Of a stretch of DNA of 64,000 nucleotides, positions 41,348-49,849 are shown piece by piece. The DNA lies in assembly GCA_963767555.1 (NCBI GenBank), contig CAVYEL010000032.1, positions 25,485-89,484 on the forward strand, in the 5' to 3' direction. The stretch's first letter is position 1. Each line of letters begins with the position of its first letter. Made by a program: the position numbers and the translations under genes. Under the pieces are notes generated by a model. That model was not told the origin of the DNA. It did not search any database and saw only the letters and a program-made list of their open reading frames with translations. Source of the stretch: an uncultured Bacteroidaceae bacterium (GTDB lineage Bacteria; Bacteroidota; Bacteroidia; Bacteroidales; SM23-62).

Positions 41348-42283
41348 ATGATCAGGATAATCCGGCTCGGCCTTCTGCCTCTATTCTTCGTAATGATCCT
41401 GTCCTGCACAACAAGATGGGAAATCACTGAAGATAGTAATGGTATTCTTCTGTCCGAAAACGGCAGGAAAGTATTTTTCTATCAGAAGGCCCCCAAGTCA
41501 TACCAGGGTAAATCTGAACGCAACAATTATCTTCATCCGCTGTACGGATTGAATGAGCAGATCCTGACACAGGATTTTCCACTCGATACCCATACTGACC
41601 ATCTTCATCAAAGGGGGGTATACTGGGCTTGGCATCAGGTGTATATCGGGAACAGAAGGATTGGTGATGCATGGTTAAATATTGATTTTGAATGGCATGT
41701 AACAGCGGCTAAAGTGAAGGAGTACAGAGATTCCTGTGTCTTAAGCGGGAACGTTCTATGGAAATCTCCCCTATGGCTGGATGAGCAGGGGGAGAAAAAA
41801 GCATTTGCCAGGGAAGATATTTCCCTAACGGTACATCCGGCCAGGGATAACTTCCGAGTACTTGACTTTTCTATCTGTATCTTTGCCCTGGAGGACAGCC
41901 TTTTTATTGGAGGTTCTGAAGATGATAAAGGTTATGGAGGTTTTTCCATCAGGCTTGATCCGGGTGAAGGCCTTTCATTTAAAAATGAATCAGGTAAAGT
42001 TGAACCTACGCGTAATGCTGTGGAAGCAGGACCCTGGATGAACATCATTGGTGACTGGGATGAGTCAGTTGCAGACGAAGGTGTGATCATGGTTTCCCAT
42101 CCCGATAATCCCAACCATCCCCAGCCCTGGATCATTAGGACTGAGAAGAGCATGCAGAATGCTATGTATCCCGGTAGGACCCCCCATATGATCCCGCTTG
42201 ATCAGCCGCTTCATCTGAGGTACAGGTTGATTATTTATCAAGGAATTCCAGGAGATGAGATCCAGCTATGGCTGGCTCCATAG
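41348..42283 (+). CDS. PmoA-family/DUF6807-like protein
   Basis: 311 aa with an N-terminal anchor. Motifs NYLHPLYGL, HLHQRGVYWAWHQV, GYGGFSIRL and HPDNPNHPQPW, as I recall for this family. Confidence 0.55.
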   Translation: MIRIIRLGLLPLFFVMILSCTTRWEITEDSNGILLSENGRKVFFYQKAPKSYQGKSERNNYLHPLYGLNEQILTQDFPLDTHTDHLHQRGVYWAWHQVYIGNRRIGDAWLNIDFEWHVTAAKVKEYRDSCVLSGNVLWKSPLWLDEQGEKKAFAREDISLTVHPARDNFRVLDFSICIFALEDSLFIGGSEDDKGYGGFSIRLDPGEGLSFKNESGKVEPTRNAVEAGPWMNIIGDWDESVADEGVIMVSHPDNPNHPQPWIIRTEKSMQNAMYPGRTPHMIPLDQPLHLRYRLIIYQGIPGDEIQLWLAP

Positions 42284-42307
42284 ACCAATGCTTAAAAAAA
42301 CCGCTGA

Positions 42308-44442
42308 TTATTTATTATCAAGTTCCAGTTTCTCCAGCTCCTCTATCATTTCGTCTATATTATTTTTCTCCTTGTCGAGGTCAATTTTAGTTTTTTCCAT
42401 GTCTAACATGGCAGATTGCATTTCTTTTTCAATTTGTGCAAAGTCAATTTCTTCTATATGTTTCAAGGCCTCCTCAATCTCCTTCTGTATATTTTCATGA
42501 TCAATTTCCTGCACAGACTTTAATGCCTTTTCCATCATTTCTTGCATCTCCACAGTTTCCATCATCGCCATTGCTTTCTTTGCTTCAGCCATACCTAGCT
42601 CCATTTCTTTCATGGCCTGCTCGAATTCCTCCTCGCTGAGTTCATTGTTGCCATCCTCAAATTCTTCCATTGCCTTCTTAATTTCTTCCTGGGCTTTAAA
42701 CATTTCCTCCTGCATCTTTTCATGGTCAATCTGAACATCCTTCATAGCCCGCTCGATCTCTGCCTGCAATTCATGTTGATCTAAATGAACCTTGATCTGT
42801 TCCTCCTGAAGTTTCATCATATCCTCCTGTAAGTCTATCATCTCGTGTTGCTTGAAATGCTCCATCTCTGTCTTTATTTCCTCCCGGATCTTGTCGAAAT
42901 CAACATTGTCCAGTTCCACCCTGGCATGCTTCAGGTCCTTTTCCATATCATGAAGATCGTCTATGGTTTTTTCAATTTCTTTCTGATATCTTGGAAATTC
43001 ATTATCCGGGATCCTTTGACCATCAACATATAACTCTTCTACTTTCCCCTGTTTGATCACAAATTTCATTTCAGTGTCTTCACCCTCCTTGTTATGGAAT
43101 TCCCGGGTTACGGTATTGTCTTTAATATCCATTTTTTCCCTGTGATGCCTGTGTGAAGTATCGGCAGGAAGGGCAGGAATGGCAGGAATTGACGGAAGTA
43201 CGATGGTGGGTGCGGTAACAGTTGCTGGTTCACTGATAGTGGTGGTTGCCGTAAAAGCAGCCGGTTCTGCAACAGCGGTTGGTGCAGTTACAGCAACTGG
43301 TTCAGTGACTGGCTCCGTATCAGTCACCGGAATTGCTGGATCTTTATCCCAGAATGGCAGTACAATTTGTGATTCCACCTGAGTGAAGCCAGATGGTTTA
43401 AAAGTAGCACCCGTGCTCAGGGTGATGACCAGAACCGAGGTTACAAGGATCAGTCCTGCCATAAGTCTTTCTGTCTTGTTAATCTTCATCTTTTTGTTGT
43501 TTATTAATCTTTCTACTCTCTGTAATAAATTCTTTTTATTTCCGGTGATGGCAACGGAAGGGACAGCAGCCGTAATCTGTAGCTCGCTCAGGCAGGCCAG
43601 CGCCCGGGCATACAGGGAAACCTGTCCACAGATCCTTACTGTATAATCATCACAGCATTTCTCCCTATCCTGCCGGATATTCTCCGAAATGATCCAGACA
43701 ACCGGGTGGTAAAAGAAAAGCGCTTCCATGATGGACTGCATGATATTGACCAGAAAATCATGCCGCCGAATATGGGCCAGTTCATGGACAATGATGGTTT
43801 CAAGCTGATCAGCAGGCAATCCGCTGATGATCATGGATGGAATCAGTACCACCGGCCTCAGTATGCCGATAACCGTTGGTACCATGACTTTTTGTGATTG
43901 CAGATAAGTTATGGACCGGTGAAGGCCTGTCCTGGCTGCAATCACTCGCAACCTTTGTTCCCATCCTGCCGGCATAGGAGATATGGACTGTCGCCTCATG
44001 CCTCTCACGACCATCATTCCTCCTGCTAATCTCGCTGTGAGAAGCAATACCCCTACAAACCAGACAATGCTGACAAGATCAGAAAGTCCCTGTCAGTCGT
44101 TTGTTGCCATCCTGATAATACAAGCGGCCCAGGGGATAATATGTCTGCAGTTTCAGAAATGTCTGCCACACCTGAGATGCCTCCGGATGTATAGCTTATA
44201 AGATCAGCATGGGATGAGATGGGATCGAATGCAACGAGAAACGTAAACAGGGATGAAAAAAAGATTGCTGCCAATGCAAAAACCCCCAGAACATACCTTG
44301 CCTGTGATGAGATATTTGAACGAAACTTAAATATCATCAACAGGATCAACCCGATGATCAAGCCCTGCCACAGTGAGTGAAAGATTGTCCAGCCCAATGC
44401 ATTAATAACATTATCAGGAATGATGGTGGCAAGGCTTTTCAT
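42308..44442 (-). CDS. M56-family BlaR1-like membrane metalloprotease/signal transducer with atypical E/K/M-rich coiled-coil C-terminal region; one frameshift at about 44076-44092
   Basis: N-terminal fragment ALGWTIFHSLWQGLIIG plus SIVWFVGVLLLTARL in the second frame. Zinc motif HELAHIRRHD. A P/T/V/A-rich linker is followed by about 330 aa of a charged helical repeat region. Confidence 0.75.
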
Positions 44443-44828
44443 TGATTATCTTTTTCAATTTTATCTATCAATGTTTTTAACTCCTCCAGTTCATCCGGGG
44501 TAGTTTCATGATTGCCCAGTGCCTGCATAACCAGATCCATGGCAGACCCGCCAAAGGCCGTTTTTACAAATTTATCAAGGAGGAGATTTTTAGCTTCCTT
44601 CTCTTTTACTATGACATTATATATGTGTTTCCTGCCTTTTTCAGTCCGTTTTAGCAAACCTTTCTCAGTCATGATCTGCATCAGTTTGAGTGTGGTCGTA
44701 TATCCAACCTGCTTCTTCAGGTTCAATTCATCATTGACATCGCGGACAGATACTGGTCCATGATGCCATATCACCTGAAGTATTTCAAGTTCAGCATCTG
44801 TTGGTTTCCTAATGGGGATCTTCGTCAT
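44439..44828 (-). CDS. BlaI/MecI/CopY-family transcriptional repressor
   Basis: 129 aa. Contains TDAELEILQVIWHHGPVSVRDV..GYTTTLKLMQIMTEKGLL (winged helix). Its stop overlaps the blaR1-like start. Confidence 0.85.
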   Translation of the reverse strand: MTKIPIRKPTDAELEILQVIWHHGPVSVRDVNDELNLKKQVGYTTTLKLMQIMTEKGLLKRTEKGRKHIYNVIVKEKEAKNLLLDKFVKTAFGGSAMDLVMQALGNHETTPDELEELKTLIDKIEKDNQ

Positions 44829-44838
44829 CCTGTATTAA

Positions 44839-44881
44839 TACGAATTGTTTCGTAGCAAATATATACGAAATGTTTCGTAGC
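44839..44881. promoter_or_regulatory. two tandem 18-nt operator-like repeats, TACGAATTGTTTCGTAGC and TACGAAATGTTTCGTAGC, each an inverted repeat (TACGAAA-TG-TTTCGTA)
   Basis: Read directly at 44839-44856 and 44864-44881, with 25-bp periodicity. They lie 11-53 nt upstream of the blaI-like start codon. Confidence 0.55.
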
Positions 44882-44978
44882 TGCAAAAAAAAATCGTTAA
44901 AAAATGTTAATGTTAGGTTAACGAAATTGGATTTTTACCGTATACTACTTGACCATTAAAAATAAAATTGGTTTTTGA

Positions 44979-45362
44979 GTGAAAGAGTTAACCAGAGCTG
45001 AGGAGCAGGTGATGAGATATCTTTGGAGGATAAGATCCGGATTTCTCAAACAGATTATCGAGCAGTTCCCTGAGCCCAAACCTGCCTATACAACAGTTTC
45101 CACAGTTATCAGAGTGCTGGTAAAAAAGGGATTTATAGCATACAGGACCTATGGCAAAACCCACCAGTACTATCCTATGGTGAGCCGGGACAGGTATTTC
45201 AAGAATCACTTTAAAACGCTTGTTGAGAACTATTTCAGCAATTCACCACAAAGGTTTGTTTCCTTCTACACCGAGAAGGGCAATCTTGATGTTGCAGAGC
45301 TCGAGGAAATGAAAATCATCATAGAGGAGCAGATCAGGAAGAAAAGGGCTGAGGCGAGCTAG
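44979..45362 (+). CDS. second BlaI/MecI/CopY-family repressor (divergent, orphan)
   Basis: 127 aa. Contains LTRAEEQVMRYLW..AYTTVSTVIRVLVKKGFI. GTG start. No adjacent M56 partner on its strand. Confidence 0.75.
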   Translation: MKELTRAEEQVMRYLWRIRSGFLKQIIEQFPEPKPAYTTVSTVIRVLVKKGFIAYRTYGKTHQYYPMVSRDRYFKNHFKTLVENYFSNSPQRFVSFYTEKGNLDVAELEEMKIIIEEQIRKKRAEAS

Positions 45363-45368
45363 CATGGC

Positions 45369-45794
45369 TTATTGCCTGTACTCCAGATCGAACAGGCTAT
45401 ATAACTCTTCTATTTCTGTGGGACTTTCGCCACTCATTATACATTTATCAACCAGGATAATTTTTTGCTGTCTTCCACCGATCTCAAGTTTTCTGATTTT
45501 TGGCACTCCCTGGCACTGATAACGGACCAGGAAGCTCTGACCTCTGTCATTCTTATTGGTAATATCAGCACATAAACAGTAGATCCCGACTTCCCTGCCC
45601 TGGTAAAATACCTTTACCAGTTTCACTTCGAATTGTATCTGTATACCTATGATTGTATCAGGAATATCAGGCTTAATAACATACGGTGATTTTTCTATCT
45701 CCCCTCCCAGCAATATTGACGGTATCATAATCATCAGGGTAATCATCCGAGGGATCATGGGTAGTGGGTTTATTATTAAAGTCAATAATATCAC
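45369..45794 (-). CDS. hypothetical membrane-anchored protein
   Basis: 141-aa ORF with a hydrophobic N-terminus. No motif recognised. Confidence 0.3.
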   Translation of the reverse strand: MILLTLIINPLPMIPRMITLMIMIPSILLGGEIEKSPYVIKPDIPDTIIGIQIQFEVKLVKVFYQGREVGIYCLCADITNKNDRGQSFLVRYQCQGVPKIRKLEIGGRQQKIILVDKCIMSGESPTEIEELYSLFDLEYRQ

Positions 45795-45898
45795 ACTTCA
45801 GTTGCAAAAATCCCTATAGAAATGTTGAATTATTTTGCATTCTTAAATGAATTTAAGATCTTTATATTCTTAATTGTCCAAAACAAATTTTTTTGCTC

Positions 45899-46747
45899 AT
45901 GAAAACAGGGGAGAAGCTTACACATTTGAAGGCAATATTGCAAGAGATGGGAGAGGTGACAGTAGCCTATTCTGGTGGTGTTGACAGTACTTTCTTATTG
46001 AAGGTGGCTACAGACACATTAAAGGAAAAGGCCATGGGTGTTCTGGCTGTCTCTCCGACTTTTCCGGCACGGGAATACGACCGGGCCATTGAAGTTGCTA
46101 AATCATTTGGGGCTTCAGTAAATATCATTGATACCCACGAACTGGAAGATGATAATTTCGTTAATAATCCTGTCAATCGCTGTTACTTCTGCAAAAGCGA
46201 ATTGTTTGACAGTATCGCCAAGATGGCGGAGGATCAGCGATTTCGGAATTTCGTTGACGGTTCCAACCATGACGACCTGGGCGATCACAGGCCGGGGATG
46301 AAAGCACTCAAAGAGCGCAATGTAAGGAGCCCTCTGCAGGAGGCTGGTCTGACCAAAAAGGAGATCCGAGATCTTTCAAGGGAATTTGGATTGCCAACAT
46401 GGGATAAAGATGCACTGGCTTGTCTTTCCTCCAGATTTCCGTATGGGGAGTCTATAAGCAGGGAGAAACTCAGGATGGTTGACGAAGCAGAAAATTTCCT
46501 CTCCGACCTTGGGTTCCGGAATATTCGTGCCCGGCATCAGGGTAAAACCGTCAATATAGAAGTTGATCCTGAGCAGATCCAGCGCCTGCTGGAAAAACAA
46601 ACCAGACTAAAAGTGGAAGATTTCCTGACTTCCATCGGATATGATAAGGTTCAAATTGATCCTGAGGGATATCGCCGGGGAAAACTCAATGATGGTTTAA
46701 CAGGCAAGGAAATTCCCAGTGCTGAGAATCTGAGGATCGCTACCTGA
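45899..46747 (+). CDS. larE: PP-loop ATP-pyrophosphatase, LarE-like sulfur transferase (TIGR00268-type)
   Basis: Contains VAYSGGVDSTFLL (SGGxDS), CYFCK and ACLSSRFPYG (the candidate sacrificial Cys context). No larB or larC in the window. Confidence 0.65.
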   Translation: MKTGEKLTHLKAILQEMGEVTVAYSGGVDSTFLLKVATDTLKEKAMGVLAVSPTFPAREYDRAIEVAKSFGASVNIIDTHELEDDNFVNNPVNRCYFCKSELFDSIAKMAEDQRFRNFVDGSNHDDLGDHRPGMKALKERNVRSPLQEAGLTKKEIRDLSREFGLPTWDKDALACLSSRFPYGESISREKLRMVDEAENFLSDLGFRNIRARHQGKTVNIEVDPEQIQRLLEKQTRLKVEDFLTSIGYDKVQIDPEGYRRGKLNDGLTGKEIPSAENLRIAT

Positions 46748-46946
46748 TCTTATAGAATTATCACTGACTTCACCGGAAAGCACCGCTCTTTTACCGGACC
46801 ATAACAGGCATTCACCGAAGTCCCCTTCTTTCGGAACTTATCTTTAACTTATTTTAAGGTTAATTAACCTGTCTTAAATTCTCAGTTAAAAAAGCTTTCG
46901 TTTATTGTAACAGATTTTGGAATGAATCGTCTTACATGTACGAACC

Positions 46947-47180
46947 ATGAGAATCAGACCGAATAAAAAAACCGGAAAACAAAAGGAGATGAGTATTGAC
47001 CAGCAAATACAGCAATGTGAGGAGAAAATAGCTGACCTGGAGAATTGGAAACGATCCATGGCTTTGGGTGAACCAGAGCAGCAGCAGATGCAGCATTATA
47101 ATGGGAACGTGGAGAGTGACCTTGACAGAGAATATGAGCAGATTGCACTGCTGAAGATCCGCAGAATGATGGGATACTAA
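46947..47180 (+). CDS. small hypothetical protein
   Basis: 77-aa ORF (or 63 aa from the internal MSIDQQ). Charged and helical. Weak coding evidence. Confidence 0.25.
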   Translation: MRIRPNKKTGKQKEMSIDQQIQQCEEKIADLENWKRSMALGEPEQQQMQHYNGNVESDLDREYEQIALLKIRRMMGY

Positions 47181-48130
47181 TCTGGCTGTCTAATCTCAAT
47201 GATTATTTTTCCTTCAGTGCTGTAGGTTTCTGCTCTCCTGTGAGCCTCTGATAATTTATCAAGAGAATGGATAGAATCGATCACCGTAATAAGTTTTTCT
47301 TCTTCCGCCAGTTTTTTTAATGCTTCCAGATCCGAACCAATAGACTTTTGCAATAAAGACCTGACTTTTTTACCCCTGGTAAACAGGGCTGCTATTTTAT
47401 GAACCAATAGTTTTGGACGGGGCAGGACAGTGATGTAGATGCCCCCCGGTGATAAAATTCTTTTACAGCTTAGAAATGTTTTAACGCCGGCGGCATCAAA
47501 AATGATGTCATATAAGATATTTCCATCCAGGTAATCCTCCTTGCGGTAATCAATATAATGATCAGGACTGAGAAGGTCCAGCAGCTGCTCATGGGCAGAG
47601 CTGCATACTGCCGTGGTCTCGGCATTAAAGTGCTTTGATAACTGGAGTGCATAATGTCCCACTCCACCCGCGGCACCTATGATCAGTATTTTTTGTCCAG
47701 GCTTTATCCTTGCTTTATCCCTGAGTGCCTGCAATGCAGTCTGTCCTGCCATTGGAATGCCAGCTGCATGGATATGGTCCATATTTGCAGGCTTTAGGGA
47801 AATAGTTGATTCTCTGGCTGTTGCATATTCTGCGAATGCTCCTCCGAAGCGCTTTGTCAGTCTGCAGAATACCTCATCCCCATCTTTGAATTTTGTTACT
47901 TTAGTCCCGCATTTTACAACCACTCCGGAAACGTCATAACCCGGTACTATGGGAAACCTGGCTTTCAGGAATAATTTATGATTACCCTTACGCTGTTTCC
48001 AGTCCACCGGATTTACACTGGCTGCATGAACCTCAATAAGTACCTCGTCCTCCCTCATGGAAGGTTTGGGGATCTCTTCATATCGGAAGACATCCGGTCC
48101 GCCATACTCATATATTACTGCTGCCTTCAT
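47177..48130 (-). CDS. MDR-superfamily NAD(P)-dependent oxidoreductase (quinone oxidoreductase/ADH-like)
   Basis: 317 aa. GroES-like N-terminus (EVLIEVHAASVNPVDWK) and Rossmann motif IIGAAGGVGHYALQL. Confidence 0.8.
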   Translation of the reverse strand: MKAAVIYEYGGPDVFRYEEIPKPSMREDEVLIEVHAASVNPVDWKQRKGNHKLFLKARFPIVPGYDVSGVVVKCGTKVTKFKDGDEVFCRLTKRFGGAFAEYATARESTISLKPANMDHIHAAGIPMAGQTALQALRDKARIKPGQKILIIGAAGGVGHYALQLSKHFNAETTAVCSSAHEQLLDLLSPDHYIDYRKEDYLDGNILYDIIFDAAGVKTFLSCKRILSPGGIYITVLPRPKLLVHKIAALFTRGKKVRSLLQKSIGSDLEALKKLAEEEKLITVIDSIHSLDKLSEAHRRAETYSTEGKIIIEIRQPD

Positions 48131-48204
48131 AAGGGCACAAATATAACAGAATCTGCTCTTTACTTGTGTGGCAAATCTTCGTAAATTTGAATAAAACCTT
48201 TGTC

Positions 48205-48498
48205 ATGAAGTATGATGATTTTATTGTAATGAGGGATGAGGGAAACATTCCTGATGACATCCCGGTGCTGCTGCAGTCGCTGCTGCTGGATGCTGTGGGT
48301 GACTGGGACAGTGCACACCGGATCGCCCAGAATGTTTTGACTAAGGATGGATCATGGGTCCATGCCTATCTTCATCGAAAGGAAGGGGACCGTCCAAATG
48401 CAGCCTACTGGTACAACAATGCTGGACGACGGATGCCTGAAACAAAACTTGAGGAAGAATGGGAAGAGATCTCCAGGGAATTACTGGGGGACAAATAA
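48205..48498 (+). CDS. hypothetical small protein
   Basis: 97 aa from the ATG at 48205. Contains DWDSAHRIAQ..WVHAYLHRKEGDRPNAAYWY. No function known to me. Confidence 0.4.
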   Translation: MKYDDFIVMRDEGNIPDDIPVLLQSLLLDAVGDWDSAHRIAQNVLTKDGSWVHAYLHRKEGDRPNAAYWYNNAGRRMPETKLEEEWEEISRELLGDK

Positions 48499-48520
48499 AC
48501 AAGATCAAATACCAAATCAG

Positions 48521-48754
48521 ATGAGTCAAAAAGAAAGGGTACTCAGCGTTATGAGAGATGCCGCCAAACCACTCCGAACTGGAGAAATTGCTGAACTCAC
48601 CGGTCTTGATAGAAAGGAGGTTGATAAAGCTATGAAGGAACTGAAAGCAGAAGGATCAATCTTCTCACCGATAAGGTGTTGCTGGCAGGCAGCAATTAAA
48701 CTAATCCCATACCCCCGGGATACTTTCACCACAATTACTGCATTTACCAGCTGA
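48521..48754 (+). CDS. small winged-helix DNA-binding-like protein
   Basis: From the ATG at 48521: MSQKERVLSVMRDAAKPLRTGEIAELTGLDRKEVDKAMKELKAEGSIFSP. The 3' tail overlaps the convergent radical SAM gene, so the true end is uncertain. Confidence 0.4.
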   Translation: MSQKERVLSVMRDAAKPLRTGEIAELTGLDRKEVDKAMKELKAEGSIFSPIRCCWQAAIKLIPYPRDTFTTITAFTS

Positions 48755-49811
48755 AAGGTTTTTTTTCAGGATCTGATAGCCACGCCTTTCGATGATTAAT
48801 TCTTTGCATCCGGGACAATAGGTATTGGATGCATCGTTGCCCGGCACATTTCCTATGTATACAAATTTCAGTCCCGCATTCATCGCTGTTTCCTTTGCTT
48901 TAACAAGGGTGGAGACAGGTGTGGGTGGTAACTGGGTCAGTTTATACATGGGATGGAAACGGCTGAAATGGAGTGGGACATCCTCAAAGCCGTTGTCATA
49001 AAGCCAATCACACATCCTTGCGATCATATCCAGGTCATCAGTCCAGGAAGGTATTACCAGGTTGGTAATTTCCAGCCATACTCCGGATTCCCTGAACATT
49101 TTTAAGGCATCCAGTACCGGTTTCAACTTTCCTGCATTTAATTTAAGGTAAAGGCTTTCATCGAAAGACTTGAGATCTATGTTGGCTCCATCTATATGTT
49201 TGATAAGGTGTTGCTGGGGTTCCGGATTAATATAACCAGCCGAGACAAGTATGTTCCTGATCCCTTGCTCATGTGCCAGTCGGGCTGAATCACAGGTATA
49301 TTCAAAGTATGTTATGGGTTCAGAATAGGTATAAGCGATGGTCATGGCATTTGTTCTGCAGGGCCTGTTCCACTACAGCATCGGGCATCAGGTCATAATT
49401 CCTGGTTTCAGTCGGACTTGTCTGGGAGATGCTCCAGTTCTGGCAATTCAAACAGGCCAGGTTGCATCCTGCTGTGGCGATGGAAAAAGACCTGCTGCCT
49501 GGCAGGAAATGATACAGAGGTTTTTTTTCAATGGGATCAACATGGATCGCGCAAGGATTTCCATAAGCCATGGTATACAGCTTGCCATCTTTGTTGATGC
49601 GATTCCTGCAATCGCTTAATTCCCCGAGCTTCAGGGTACATTCATTGGGACAGATCAGGCACATTATACCTTTGGGAGTTTCGGCATAAAAAAGAGCCTC
49701 CCTGCTGTGTTTGGCAGGTACATCATAAGCCCCAAAAAGCTTTTCTGCCTTCATACACATCAGGCAGCCTGCACTTAAAAGTCCGGATTTAATGAATTGC
49801 CGCTTATCCAT
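48701..49811 (-). CDS. AmmeMemoRadiSam-system radical SAM enzyme with Tat-like N-terminus; one frameshift at about 49335-49345
   Basis: Contains MDKRQFIKSGLLSAGCLMC.., CLICPNEC, DPIEKKPLYHFLPGS and ATAGCNLACLNCQNWSISQ (CX3CX2C). The second ORF continues IAYTYSEPITYFEY. Confidence 0.8.
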
Positions 49812-49849
49812 GGCTATCAAAATAACGGAAAAAAGAGATTGAAATCAAT

